A DNA stretch of 64,000 nucleotides, from NCBI RefSeq assembly GCF_036321535.1, contig NC_087436.1, positions 55,120,001-55,184,000 on the forward strand, written 5' to 3'. A program made the translations under genes and the position numbers. Under the pieces are notes generated by a model. It saw only the letters and a list, made by a program, of their open reading frames with translations, was not told where the DNA came from and made no database searches. The stretch comes from Camelus dromedarius (Eukaryota). Within the stretch, counting starts at the first letter, position 1. Every line of letters begins with the position of its first letter. This document shows positions 50,541-64,000 of the stretch, piece after piece.

Positions 50541-53064
50541 AGAACATACCTTTGTTCCATGTACAGTGTTTTCTGATTCCAAAAGAAGCAATATCCAACA
50601 TTTTAAAAAGAAAGTTCTCTTACAGTCCCTGCTGGGACTCTGATTTGTTTTGGTTGTTACTAGTGTTACTTCTTTTACAAAATATACTTTGTAGAACTGA
50701 TTAGGTTGCCTTGTTTATTTAGTGTGAGTTTGCACCTTTTTGTCTCAACTTCCAGTACAGGTATATTGGGGAAAAAGCAGTCTAATCAAATCCTAGACAA
50801 AAAAAAAGAAAAAAAAAAGTTCTTCTACTGAAGCATTTCTTCAAACTGTATCAAAATAAGGAAAATAAAAAACCACATCTGTATAAGCAGTAATAGAACA
50901 CAGGGTGATAGTTTAGAATGCAGGGAGATCAATGCATATAATTACCCTTCAAATCATAAAGTTGTACAGGTTAAGTTACAGATTGAATTGGAGAAGAGAA
51001 AATGGCAGGCCTGAAAGAAAACATTTTGTGCATTCTAAACTAACATTCAGAAACATGTGATATTCTATCTGTTCTGTGAGATAAATTTACTGACTCTTGT
51101 CTCATTCAACAAATATTTTTTGGTTAAACAACTGGCATTCCTTTGTTTTCTGTGTTTGTGTGGATTGATGATTTGTTTGCAAGTAACCTCAATCTGAGTC
51201 CATCACATCACAGAAATTCCTTCATTATTCAGAAAGTTTTCAGGCATTTTGTGAAACATTTCACATTTTAAAAAGAGAAAGGCATATAGCTTAACAACAT
51301 ATTCTATTTATATAACATTTATATGGCATGTTATTGATATTTATATGATATACATATGTATGACATATATATGTAATAAAAGTCACTTGCAAGTTAAGTG
51401 ATCAAAATGTTCTCATTCCCCATTTCTCTACTTCTCAAAAATATTTCACAAAGACTTCCTCAGACATTAATTTAACATAGTACTTTTCTTTCTTTAATTC
51501 ACTATTAACAGTTAGCTTCAAACTTCTAAGAACTTCTAAGGAAAAAGGAGGACTCTGTAGCCTGCAAGTTCCCAGTCATAAGCATTAAAGGAATGGATAT
51601 GAGAGTATCTTCTGAGATCCTTACTTTCTAAAAAGAGAGAATATCTTTTAAGTCACCTATGGCAGTAACACAAAATCAGTATTTCAGAAAATATTTTAAT
51701 ATAAAAATTAATATGAAATTTTCAACTGGTTAATTATATTTGGGTATATTTAACTAAAATAAAGGAAATGCAACAGACGTTATGTCTCTCAAATTCATCG
51801 TATTAGTTTTCCTAAATTTATTCCAGTAGTATGAAGTTGCCTAAGTAATATACTCATTTGCCCAAATCAACATATTCACTTTCAGCTCTTCAGTAGAGTT
51901 TATAAATCCATTAAAGATTTGTACCTAGAACTGTGAATATTTTTTGTGGTAAGAAATTATAAAAGAGCAATTTTTGTAGCACATATAAAGGACAAACAGC
52001 CAGTTACTGAATATGAGCCATAACTAAATGTATAATTTATTCAGAATTAAAATGGCATGTGGTTTATATGAAAGGAAAAATGGTAATGATGCATTATGCT
52101 TCTGCAGTTATGTTACAGACATACTCATATATACATACAGCACCATGAGTTCCAGCCCAAAGATGTGAAGACTATATAAAAGAAAGCAATAGCACACTAA
52201 AATGTTAGTATAATAAGAAATGGGAGTAAAACTGTTTGCATTTTAGATAACACTAGATATAAAATATGGTCTTAAACTAATTGAAATCTGTATTTGTTCC
52301 AAACACAGGATTGGTGAGGAGAGACTGGGTCTAGGTTAGAGTTGCTTAAAAAAGATAGAGAAAAATTTCTCTTGTATTCACAGATATTAGCCATTCTTTT
52401 TTTTCCCCCCTTTTATCAAAATTCAGTTACTAGTGAGAAACACTTGCTTCAGGATTCAGCTGATTTATATATTGAACCCACACTTTGGTTCAGACTGAAA
52501 TAGATCATTTTGATTGCTTCCTAGAAAAGTAGACTCATTGAAAATAAACTATCCCTGAGAAATCATTAAGACAGAAATTTAGGACAGATAGATTCAAGTG
52601 CCTCACCAAGAAGCTGTAATACTTAAAGAGTTCTAAATTCTTCAAGGACCTAAAAGGTAATTTAAAGTTCCAGGGCACTTCAAAGCTCACACATGTTTTT
52701 TGAGATTTCTTGGTCCCCTTAAATGGATTTGGTTCTGATCTGCTTCCAGGACTAGATTATCCAATGCAATGAGCTCAACTTTGGACTCCAGTTGACTCCT
52801 TATCCATCCGTGACAAAACGAGACTCCAGGGAGACTGAAGGGAGATAGATGTCATGCAGCATAACAGCTTCTTGTCTTCTTCCTGACAGTGATTCTGATA
52901 CATTGGAATCACTGGAGCCATTGAAAATACTTGCAGCTAGAGATATATAACTCTGGGAGATGTCATTTATTTATATTAGATTCTATGTATACCTATGCTA
53001 CCTATACCTTAGAGCTACTTTATTCCCCATGCAGGGCCTTACAAAAGATTTGTTTCTGAGTTAA

Positions 53065-53330
53065 TCTTACTAATAACCATTGACCACTTACTATGGACTG
53101 GACACTGCACGGTTTGTATCACTGATTATTTAATTCTTACAAAAACAGCAGGTAGTCTAACTCTTTCCACTTTTCAAATCTGAGCGTTAGGCAGAGAGAA
53201 CTTAGGTAACCAGAGAGACTGGCTAACTAGCCCAACCACATGCTACACTTACCTACTACTAAGTAGAAGACTTTTGAGTTGAGCCTAAATGATCAACCAC
53301 CAAAGTCCATGTCATCAACTACACTATTGC
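53065..53330 (-). mobile_element. MIR SINE
   Basis: taataaccattgaccactttactatg...tttaattcttacaa...caaagtccatg. Confidence 0.6.
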
Positions 53331-53744
53331 TTCTCAAATGTGACTATTGTTGTAACCTGATGACTCTGGAGACAAAATTGGCTCTGAAACAATCTAAAAA
53401 GCCTGATTTGAGCCAGTACAGTACTATAAACACTGGACTCTTTTGAGACACCTCACTTTGAAGAATACCCTCTTTAGACTCTCTTCACTTTGTTGCTTTT
53501 GCATATAACAGATTTTTCTATTCTAATCAAATACATTGACTATTTGTCTGGATTATTATTAGTCTTTACTTATTTTCTAGAGAGACTGGGGAAATCTGTC
53601 ATCATATTTTGAAGAGGTGTAGAGTACTGATATAAACTGTATTTTAGTGTAATTTGAGCTTTTATAGACTGCTCTTATACGCCTCAAGTAGCATGTTTTA
53701 TTGTGGACTGAGATGTACATCATTCATGCAGCTTTTATCAATGC

Positions 53745-53875
53745 TGTTACTATCTCATTTAAATCTTACAATAACTCTGTAAGAGTCTGTACAGATGAGA
53801 AAAAATGTATACCAGAAAATTAAGATAGCTTACCCAAGGTCACATACAGCCACTAACAAGAGTAGAATCAATTTA
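53745..53875 (-). mobile_element. MIR SINE core
   Basis: tatctcatttaaatcttacaataactctgtaag..tacagatgagaaa...ttacccaaggtcacatacagccactaa. Confidence 0.75.
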
Positions 53876-53899
53876 TAAACAAAGACCTGAAGAAAATGA

Positions 53900-54912
53900 T
53901 GGAGTAACCTAAGCATAAATGTAAATGATGAACTTTCAAGTCAGGAAAGCACCGATGAGAGTATGTTGGGCCTGATCTAGGAACACTATAAATCAAAGTG
54001 ACAGTTATATAAGTGATCAAAGAAAGAAGGAAGGAAGAATGGATCCAGAGAAGTAGCAATAAACATTATCTTGTAGTCCATTGGAAGAAAACTTTTTTTT
54101 TTTTCATTTGAGCAACATGGGATGCCATTGACAAGTTGAAGTAGAAGAGTGTCATGATCTTCCACGATCTGCCATGATCATGAGTTCCAGAAAGGCTCAT
54201 TCTGGCTGTTGTGTTAACACATTGCTGTATCAAATGTGGAAAGTTAAAGAATCAGAGAAGTCAGATGAATCCAAGGTTTTTTGCTTCAGCAATGATAAAT
54301 GGATTTTCCATTTGTTGAGTTTAGGGAACCTCAGGAGGAACATATCTAGGGGAAGATCAGGGGGTTTGTTTTGATTTTAAGTTTGGGATGTTTATCATTC
54401 ACTTAAATGATTAGATAAGGTTAAAAAGTTGGATATAAAAGTTGGGAGTACAAGCTAGATATTCAGGATGGAAAATTTCCATTTCTGAGACATAGGCATT
54501 TAGATGTTATTTAAAACTATGAGCCTGAAGGAGAGCTCCAAAGGTGATCAGTGTAGATAGACAGGAAAGATGTGAGGACTGAGTAGCAGGACATTTACAT
54601 TATTAGATGTCAGGAAAATACAGATAAACCAACAAAATCAGAGTAAACCAGAGGAAACAGTCTGTGATCTAGAAGGGAAATTGGGAGAGAATGGTGACCT
54701 GGAGTCCAGGAAGCAAATATTCAAGAAAGGCCTGAAAAACTATGACAAATGTCATTAATAGATCAACTAAGGTGAGAAATGGGAATTAACTATTGGTTTT
54801 TAGCAACTGGAAGCAACTTGTTAACATGGGGACATTTCGGAGAAGTGGAGGCAATTCCTGATTTTGTGGATTCTGAAGACAGAAGAAGAGACAAATGAGA
54901 GTTGAGTATAGA
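53900..54912 (-). mobile_element. L2 LINE fragment (~1 kb)
   Basis: ggatgccattga...tcattctggctgttgtg...tttagatgttatttaaaactatgag...gtagatagacagg...attggtttttagcaac. Confidence 0.8.
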
Positions 54913-57376
54913 CCATTAAATCTTAACTTTGGTCTTGTTTTTCAGACTCCAGCCCATTATTATGACTGAATCTTCCATTTTATGGGTAAAAATTTGAACT
55001 GTGATATAGAGAAACTGCATACCAGCATATAAATAAATACTGACAGAGGTTTTCTAAATATTCTAAATATAGAGGTTTTCTAAGTATTTTACTTTATTTG
55101 GATGATAGCAGGTAGAACAATGATGCTTGTGATTTTGTAAGTTTATATCCTAGAAATAACTAGCATCATAAATGAGAAGTTATCTCAAACCTTTTTAATA
55201 TTGGGAGTCAGGTCAGAGATAAATTAATTGAACTGAGATTTTTTACATCCTTAAGATTAAAAGAGAAGACTTATTTTCCCATAAACTTTAACTTAATGAT
55301 CTTTTGTTCAAATACTTGTCCATCAAAAAATTGCATCGCTCATATTTGTTGCAGTGTATCTTTGAGTTTTCTGAATTAAATTACCCACATTCACTTATTA
55401 TACAGTAAATAAAGTAGCAGAGCTTGTTCTCAGAGACCTCAGACAGTTTCAAGGAACCTCTGAACTAACTTATATGGTAAATGATATTCACACATGTCAC
55501 AGTCTCCAAAACTACGGAAGTCATCTTTAAGAAAGTTAAAGAATAAATATTTCCAATTGGAGGATATTTTTATATGAAAACTATCACTGTGCTTTATTTT
55601 CTATGTTTATAGATAAATCATGTGTGGATAAATTGTGGATCACGTTTATCTTTTGAATCTTACTACTTAAAGATGTAAGAAAAATCGGTGTGACATTTGA
55701 ATACACTTTGAAGTTCTTTCAAAATCCAACAGTACAACTTTTATCTTTCTTTTGCATCAACTGCTTTTTAAATTGTATTTCTCTATCAGTAGCATTTTTG
55801 TTTAAAACCGTTTTCCCCTCCTCTTATTTTATATCCTCCCCTATTGCATTTTTCTCTGTTACTTTTGGTCCTCTTCACAAGGACCAAATATTTTCTGTCA
55901 AAGGTAACAAAACACCATTCTAGTAAATCCCTGCCCTTTGAAAAGAGTGATAATAACTTTGATCACTGTGTTTGTATAATTAAGGTGCAGGCTTTTGCTT
56001 TAAAAGAGTTCATCTCTTGCTTTGAATCTGGGAGGGCGAGATGCATTTACAGAGATGAGCACTCTGTTGGAAAGTCCCTGGTCTCCTTTGGTGTCACATC
56101 TATCTATGTCCCCAGACTGCTCATCCAATGTTCCAATGACAATGATTAGTGAGACCCCCCACGACTTGCAGATGGAATGAAGCAGAGTGATAAGGGAAGC
56201 TGCCTTTCAGATCAGCAGAGAGAAAGGCCTTCTTCACAGGAAGCCCAAGAGGAAGCCGTTTAAACAAGCGTGCAGAAAATATTGGGGTAATTACCAAGCA
56301 TCAGGAGGGGGTCTCAGCATTGAAAATGGATTCAAAAATTCATTCAGCAGATTAATTGATGTTTTCCCTGAAGCTTGTCTTTGGAAATAATTCCCATGGA
56401 AATTCATAACTGAGACTGGGGAAGTGTATTATAAGAAGATATTTTCATTACAGCATACATGTTTACTAATGTTTGAACCGTATTTATTTCTGCCAGAGAA
56501 GCTCTGACGCTTTTGATCACTCAGCTTTGCAGTTTTGCTCTCTAAAATAAGACTCTTGCACCTACAAAAGCCAGAAAACTTTGATGCATGAGTATATATT
56601 ATAAGAAGCTTCTTAAAATACTGTGATTATTGGAAATATCTAGACAAGTATTTTGTGACTGTTTTTTCCAAACATAACAGGCTTGATTGCGATCCTGATG
56701 TCTGATTCATATAGAAGAACATTTGTTGTGTGTGTATTTGAGTGGGAAGTGCCCTAAAGGAGGAGGACTGGCCTCCCCAGTCCCACAAGGCCACTGCAGT
56801 GGAACATCAGTGATGTGACAGATTTGTTTCTGGGGAAAAGCAAATTGACCTTTGCCTCCTTCTTTCCTAACCAGCTGGCAAATAAAGGACCTTGACGGCA
56901 AAAATAAGAGATAGCTACTTATCAAATGTATCAGTTTGGAAAAGATGTCAAAAAGCAAAAATATATGTGTGTGGGCTGTGCACATATGTATATGGTACAG
57001 TGTTTATGGAGCACAAAGTTAATCTTAAAAAGGGCACACCTTTCTTTTGGAAATATCAATCCATCATTTTGAAAAATGGAAAGGAAAATCTGTTAAAATT
57101 GTGTTTCTGTATTATCATTGGCACCCCTGGGAAAATCTGTTTATTATGTCCAGTTTAATAGGAAATTGACTTGGAGTAAATTAATCTGAGTATCCTCACT
57201 GCAGATGTTGCTCATGCATGTAATGATTCTAGGACCACTTGGGCATTTGAGAATGTAGATATCCATTCCACTGAAGTGGGATGGTTCACCTTTCCCGTGA
57301 GGAATGCATATGCTGTTCCTGTCATCTTGAATGCACTTCCTCTCTTGGTGCACCTGGCATCCTACACTCATGCAAC

Positions 57377-57605
57377 TAGGGCTGTATTATGACTTCCATG
57401 GGCTCTTGTTGCTATAGAAAAAATTTTAAACTTATGGTTCACAATCACATTGGTATAAAGATGGATATATTGATGTTATATATTAAAATATTTTCCTCTG
57501 TCTAAATTTTTTTTTCTGACTTAAAATTAAAGTGTTTTCTTGGCCTTCAGTACTTTTTGGGTCCTAGCACTATACCTTTTGTACCTAATGGATTGATAGG
57601 TCCTG
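57377..57605 (-). mobile_element. MER96B-like hAT MITE
   Basis: Reverse complement starts caggacctatcaatccattaggtacaaaaggtatagtgctaggaccca; the opposite end is tagggctg. Confidence 0.6.
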
Positions 57606-57652
57606 CATGTATCAAGTCCAAGGTAAATATTGACAGTTCTTTGTAAATTCCC

Positions 57653-58025
57653 TATAGCAGACCTGTTGAAGGCCTCACAACAACTATTTCCTTCTTTTCC
57701 TGCCTAACAGATCCTGGATTTTCTCTAGAGTTCAGGCAGTAAAAGGCACAAGGACCAGACTACTCCCTAATACAAATGAACAGGCCATGACTGGCCCAAT
57801 GCCATCATGGAAATTCTGCTCCCTTTTGTCACTGATGGATTTTAGGTTTGGGCCATCTTTTGATCATAAGGAGAGACACGGTTGAACAGACCAGTGGAAG
57901 GAACTTGATACTTGATAACATATTGAACCATCTGGGTTTCTTTTTAAGTTATGAGATAAATGTTCTCAATGTCTGTGCCTCGTTTAGTTCATTATTCTTT
58001 TACTGGCAGCTTAATCAGTATGCTT
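57653..58025 (+). mobile_element. Old MLT1 (I/J/K-like) MaLR LTR
   Basis: ttccttcttttcctgcctaacagatcctggatttt...ggccatgactggcccaatgccatcatgg...tgagataaat...tactggcagc. Confidence 0.55.
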
Positions 58026-58479
58026 TCTTTGCACTTCCTGGGAGATGTGGGCATGTTTCTTTTTTAACCGCATGTGTACACTGCACATTCTATCATCATA
58101 GTTTCATTTTAATGACTTATTAATGTTTAACATAATGATGTCTCCACTAGATGGTCAGCTCTGCCCAATTTCTGGGATTATCTTGCTCAGTAAGTGTAGA
58201 AATAGTTGCTTAATTAGTAAAGTTGAGATTATTAAGCTATATTTTTTTGAATATGCTTTTTCCCTATAAATTATAAGTCAAGATGGTAGTGTTTTGATAT
58301 ATTTCCCATTCTTAAGTTGTTAGCAGGCTCTGGGTTATGATTTGCCTGAGCCAAAAACTTTAACTTGGTTAATTTCTTCTTCATCCACTCCTCATATATT
58401 TAGAGCTCTGTTTGTTATACTCTTTTCCAGCCTAAAAACCATTATCCCTGTTACAAAATATGTAAAAAATGAAATTTGG

Positions 58480-58575
58480 TAGTTCTGTATTCTCTATGCC
58501 ACCAGTTTTATCCTTTACTGTATACTCAGCACCCAGTACCTGACTAAATGCCTGGCAGATATTAGACAATTTGAA
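58480..58575 (+). mobile_element. L2 3' end fragment
   Basis: ttttatcctttactgtatactcagcacccagtacctgac. Confidence 0.5.
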
Positions 58576-60119
58576 AGTAATTTTGATTGAATTAATTTTA
58601 AACTTCTTCTTATCATATATCCTCAACAGTAGTTCTGTTTGATCTTTGTTACCCCAGTTTCAAAATGACCCATCTCCGTACCTTTTCTTTTTCCTAGCTT
58701 CAAGCTTTAACATTTGACAAGCTCTTAGTAGAGCAACTTTATTCTGAAATTTTAAAGTAATGTGCCTGTATTTCCTTCTTATGCAATTTTAAGTAGGTTT
58801 TGCTCTGTTAGTCTCTTTCAAGATTGGATTGCCTCTGCTAGTGCTACTTAGGAGCATTAAGTGGTTTTGAAAAGGGCTGTATTTCTTGCCATTATAGAAA
58901 GGGGTAAATGAATTTAAGCGCTATAGGTTGGCATGTGAGGGATGACAAATAAGAAGATAAGGGCCTCACATTGCTCTCACTCCATTTTGTCCATTTCCCT
59001 AAGGAAAACATGGCATAGTGCATAGAAACTTAGGGTCCCACTGGGCTACACCAATCTATAGGACATATACCAAAACACCCTGGTTTTACAAAGCATTCTA
59101 ATCCTAAAATGCTATTGGATTTGCACCAGCCTGGCTGAACTGAGTGCATTCTTTAGGACAAGTTCTTTGGCTTTATTCATGTTCGTACTTAACATTCAGC
59201 CTCCAGAAGTGCCCTGTTTCCTGGCTCTTGCTGACTGGGTACTGGAACCTCACTTCTTCCCCTCTTAATCCCCCTCTTTCCTCCTCTCTATTCTCTACTC
59301 TGTTGCCTGACATGACTCTTCCTAGTGATAGTCTTTGAGGATCCTTCTTGTACAACTGACTCATCCAAAAATACAACTCAAATTTCAGTGGCCTGATCTG
59401 GAATATCCTCTTCTATCTCATTTACTATCAATATGCCACCTTATCAAATAGTTAAGTGGCTTAGTTTTCCAGCCTTGGGGAGATTGGCTGCATTAAAAGT
59501 TATGGCTTCTGTAGGAGCAAGTCTGGTAGCAAAGTGAATAGCTGGTCACACTAAGTATTAATGTCAATAAATAGATTCCCTGGAGAGTCTGGGAACAAAA
59601 ATTGCAGGGATACGGTGGGTATGATTATATATGTAATGTGTCTGGGTTGGGATTTTAAGTTGTGTCTATTTGTACAATTTGTACAGTCTGTACAGTTACT
59701 CACAAAAATTAATTACAGCCATTTGTGCACCACTAGTGAGGAATACCTGCTAACTTACAGTTCTTAAACAGGGTGCTATTTATGACTTTGCTCAGTAATC
59801 AACTAACAGTTGACTATCTGAAGTGGACAATCATGACTTGCTTTGAAACAACAGTGAAATTTTAGCATAATGGTGATACCAATGATCAATGTATCCTTTT
59901 GTTTCACATTTACATTTTAATAGTTTTCTTGAAGAATAAGATTTAATGGAGTTCAATAATGTTCTGACTTATCCAATTTCCTTTGTTGTTTTTTTTTTCC
60001 TGTACGAATATCAATATCTAAGAAAAGACTAACAGAAATGAGTATTGGCAGTTACTAATTTGTTTAATACATGGAGTAAACACAGGCACACACAATTGGA
60101 TAAAACAAGAACAAAGGCA

Positions 60120-60480
60120 TAACTGCAGAGAATAACATTTCTAAAGACTGCTATAAATGTTTAAGTATGAATTACTGGAAACAAAACATTTGGAGGAAGA
60201 GTCTTTAAGTAAAGCCATAAAAATAATCTCAAAATATTTGAAAGATGAAACAAAAAAACGCATCTATAGTCAGAAAATATAGTAGACTTGACACATATGT
60301 ATTAGAAATGCAAAAAAAGTGAGGAAGTACTTCTAGATTTATTGACTTAATAATTCTTAAAATTCCATAAGGATATCACCAATTCAAAACATTATCAATG
60401 CAATATCACCAATTCAAAACAATACAAAATCAATAACAACAAAAAAAAGGTCTCAAATAGCTCCAAAAATACTTAAGAGG
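60120..60480 (+). mobile_element. Highly decayed old L1 ORF2 fragment
   Basis: A-rich, with gacttaataattcttaaaat...tcaatgcaatatcaccaattcaaaa resembling the ORF2 RFNAIPIKI region. Confidence 0.4.
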
Positions 60481-63400
60481 AGGCTGAATTTAAGCTAACT
60501 GTCCACTCAGCATATCAGTCTTTAGGCAAAATTCTTTAGGACATGTGGGTTTGGGTCATTGTTTTTTATGATTTGGTTAGTTACCCAGACAAATATGAGT
60601 TGGACTTTCTGAATATTTTAATAGTAAATGCCTATAGGATACTTGCATTTTATAACATTTGCTTCCACATATGTAAAGATTTGGGGCATCTGACTGGGGA
60701 AAGCAAACTGGACAGGGCAGATGACAATGGGCTGGCCAGTTTTTCCCATGTTACCTTCAGGGGTTATCTCTCCTCTGCCCATGATTCAATTTCTCAGAAA
60801 TCTGGTTCAAACCTTAAATTTCCCAACTATGGCAAATATAATCTCTGTTTTCCTTTTATTCATTTTAAATATCCCAAAGACATGAATTCATAAGCAGCTA
60901 GTTTGGTTTTCATAGACTTCCTGCTTTTTTCTCCTTCTGTAGCATTCTAATGATAAGAATTTAATTGTGTAGTGCTTCTGTTCTCCTTCTTTATCCATTT
61001 TCTCTTTGAGAAACTCTGGCTTTGGAGGCTATTTCTTTGAAGTCTTTCATATGAGTTAATATAATGTAGAATGCCAGGTATTTTTCTAGAAAGGAACATT
61101 AGCAGTTCCAGCTCATACTCCAGTTCTTTATGTTCAGATTTAGAATTAGTAGAACCATTCTTGTCATCATTTCCTTAACTTAGGGTATCAGTACTTAATA
61201 GGTCTAGTCAAGACTTGATCAGTGTACTGAGTAATTTGTGTAAATCTCACATGTCACTCTCAGATAAAAAGGAAGAATGAACAAAACTTTTTCAGTGTTA
61301 AATTCTGAAATCAGCACATGATGGGTAATAGCATACTGGTTTAAAATTAGAGAGAGATTACAGAGGCACTGGTGGGCAGTGCCCTGGTTCAAGACCTGAA
61401 CTTCTTAGAATTTTGTTGTACTTCCTTGTCTCCATCCTGAAGAGAAGTGTATGTTAGGCAATTTCAGTCTGATGCCATTACATGTTGAGTTATCTAATTA
61501 TTCCTTTCTTACTAAGCAACAAACCTATTGATTATAATTCTGTTTTCTATAATCATGGGAAAAATGAATTGACTGGAGGATGTAGCCATCTGGTTGTATT
61601 CACCATATTTCTCATTTAAAGTAGTCAATTGGATTTTGTTCCTTTATAAACACTATAAATCTTTTTTTGTTCACTTAAGTAGCCCTGGAGAGATGAATAT
61701 AATCTTGGTGAGCTGACAATAGTAGTTTCTAAGCCTGCAAAACTGAAGCACAAAGCCTGAACTTAATAAATTAAAGCAATGCCATACTATTAAATATCTT
61801 GGGATAGAGCCATCTGGTCATATGTGAAAATCCTTCTCCATCACTGTGCATCATAAGCTTTATTTATTTCCAGCTTGTATGAGTGGTGATTGTTTATTTA
61901 ACATTAAATATCTGGGTCAAAATTACTTCTTGCCACTGCATACATTGTGATTTTAGGAAAGCATATCCTGTTACTGCATTAATGGTCCATAGTACATTCC
62001 TTCTGTCTTCCTCTCTATCTCTAAGTACTTCCTGCCATGTTTCTGACTTTTCATAGCTTTATGGGCTTCTCAGTTATATAGAGCTAAGTACTACCCCTTT
62101 TGACAGCCGCAAACATTTCAGCTAAGCCTTCATGATATCTGTGTGTGTTGCAACTAACTAGGAAGATCAATTTGTTCATTGCTAGTTTCAGTTTATTTGT
62201 TCTTCAGTCTATTCAATATTCCTCAGTCTATTTATTTTCAGCCTATAATCTCATTTCTAACTTACAGTACATCTGATCTGAACTATTTTGGTTTCTCACC
62301 AAATTTATTGGAGAAACACTATTTTTCTTTTAGTTATATTTCCATGCATAGATGACCATTCCATTCTTCAAGCAGGAGTAATGAGGTAATATTTCCAGGC
62401 ATTCTATGTATTTTTCTCACATTCCACCTCGAGAGAAAAAATTGTTGAATCAGTGTGTTACAGAACAGAACTCATATGTAGTATGAGAACGTACTGAACA
62501 TATGAGGACAACTGCTTGATATCTTCCCTCTCTCTCCTTCACTTTCTTTCTCTCAGTAGTTGCTCCTTCTGCAATTTAAAGGTTAAGTACAGTTCACAGG
62601 ATGGACTGGTAGACCTCATGTTTTAAACCTTAACTCAGAATGCTTTTTCATTCCAGCTGTAACACCAATAAAATGATATATCATTTATGTCCTGATTTCA
62701 TTCCTATAGCTCTTTCTAACTGGTTCAAAACATGAAAGAGAGGAGTATAAATAAGTAGCAATTCTCAAAACCTCTGACGTTTCAGAAGAACCATTCAAAT
62801 TGTCATGTTATCACAATCTGTATTAAAATATACACTTACAGAAAATGTAATAAAATATGTACATAATGAATAATCAACTTCATTAAACAACTTATTAACT
62901 CACTAGTCAATTTGCAAGTTCATTGATTAAACTGCTTTTATTTGTTAAAAAAATAAGTAGATGATACATATCCCATAAAACTCCCAGCCTCATTTCTGTT
63001 GCCAAGTTCCCCAAAGTTGAAAGCAGAAATATATCTCTATTTTTTCTGGCAAGAATCCATTCCAGTACTAAATAGCTCAGAGGTGTGGATTTTCTTGAAG
63101 TTTGTGGCTATAGGCATTTTTCCCTGTAGCCTTGGTTTTCTCTTAATTTACTGGCACCTGGGAGTTGACTCCATATTCTCAAAGAAGAGGTGGCTGAGTC
63201 CTAATTTGAAATGTTGGGTACAGCAGAAAGAACCTAACTTTTGGTTCTTTTGGAGTTAATGTAGCCTTGAAATGTAGTGCTCCTTGTAATTCATACTAGA
63301 TTTGATATCTTTAAGCTTATGCAATTCTCCATTTCCTCAGTATTAAACTTATTGTGAGGACGATGTTAGACTGTCTATCTGTCTGTCTATCATTTATCAT

Positions 63401-64000
63401 CACCCAACACAATGCATGGGTGCACCGTAGACACAATAAATAATAGACTTTATTTTTTTCATTATTTCTTTTACTTTGAGTTTAATGGTCTGGTTAACAA
63501 ATAAGTCAAAATCCATGCTTCTGTCCAGAAAAAAAAAATCAACAAAAGCCATTAATTCAGCTGGAACTAACCCTTTGACATTCAATAATAAATTTATGAT
63601 TTTGCTTCGTTTAGAAATGGGCCAGAAATTTCCCTATATCTTAGAGAAAATCACTGGGTTGTCTGTTATTTATTATATGGAAATCCTTGAAAAGCCATGT
63701 TTACGTTTTACTAGGTAAAAGTACTTGTCCTTTAAAAAGTACAGCACCAGTACTTTTACCCATTGATTACCGAGAACCTATGGATTTAAATAAAAGAGAT
63801 CACGTTCTTAATTGGAAGTTAAAATGTGCTCAGTTTCAGCATGTTGTTATAGGACCAAAAATCAAGAAGCTGCAACACACAGTCAAGACTAGTAGTAAAA
63901 ATGTAGAAGGAGAATCTGAGCTAGTTCTTCTAGTGAAGATTTATGTGAATGAAATTTATAAAGTAATTCTAAATGTGTAGATCATCCCAAAGATAATAAA

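Noticed and set aside
56150..56316. 10-bp inverted repeat tgagaccccc / gggggtctca as MITE TIRs
   Set aside because: No TSD and no known TIR motif. A 10-bp inverted pair at this spacing is expected by chance in 64 kb.
1..64000. Protein-coding genes from the ORF track
   Set aside because: All ORFs are 124 aa or shorter. The recognisable ones (2837-3130, 4073-4330, 23417-23683, 44653-44988) are L1 ORF2 fragments, and the rest are low-complexity or antisense-repeat translations.
1..64000. CRISPR array, prokaryotic operon or defence system
   Set aside because: The sequence is mammalian, with no repeat-spacer array and no long ORFs.

Overview
AT-rich, CpG-poor eutherian genomic DNA, most likely camelid (Vicugna/Lama/Camelus). 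The taxon call rests on a vic-1-type tRNA-derived SINE and camelid-type L1 3' ends. I find no protein-coding gene, RNA gene or CpG island. Every ORF in the track is either a decayed L1 ORF2 remnant or noise, so this looks like intergenic or deep-intronic sequence. A large part of the window is transposon fossils: L1 of several ages, L2, MIR, solo LTRs (MER34-like ERV1, MLT1 MaLR, ERVL-like) and DNA transposons (Tigger2 with readable transposase motifs, MER2/Tigger3, MER20, MER5, MER96B-like). I see no evidence of a new multi-gene system. The most notable observations are: (i) a diverged L1 fragment re-inserted with a perfect 16-bp TSD and polyadenylated at an internal AATAAA; (ii) an L1 whose first ~120 nt are fused directly to mid-ORF2; (iii) a 37-bp cluster of overlapping CRE, E-box and ERRE/SF-1 motifs plus a splice donor inside an old L1 3'UTR; (iv) several motif-dense unique segments that are candidate enhancers. 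Repeat family names come from recognition by eye without a database search, and boundaries are approximate unless a TSD or terminal motif is quoted.
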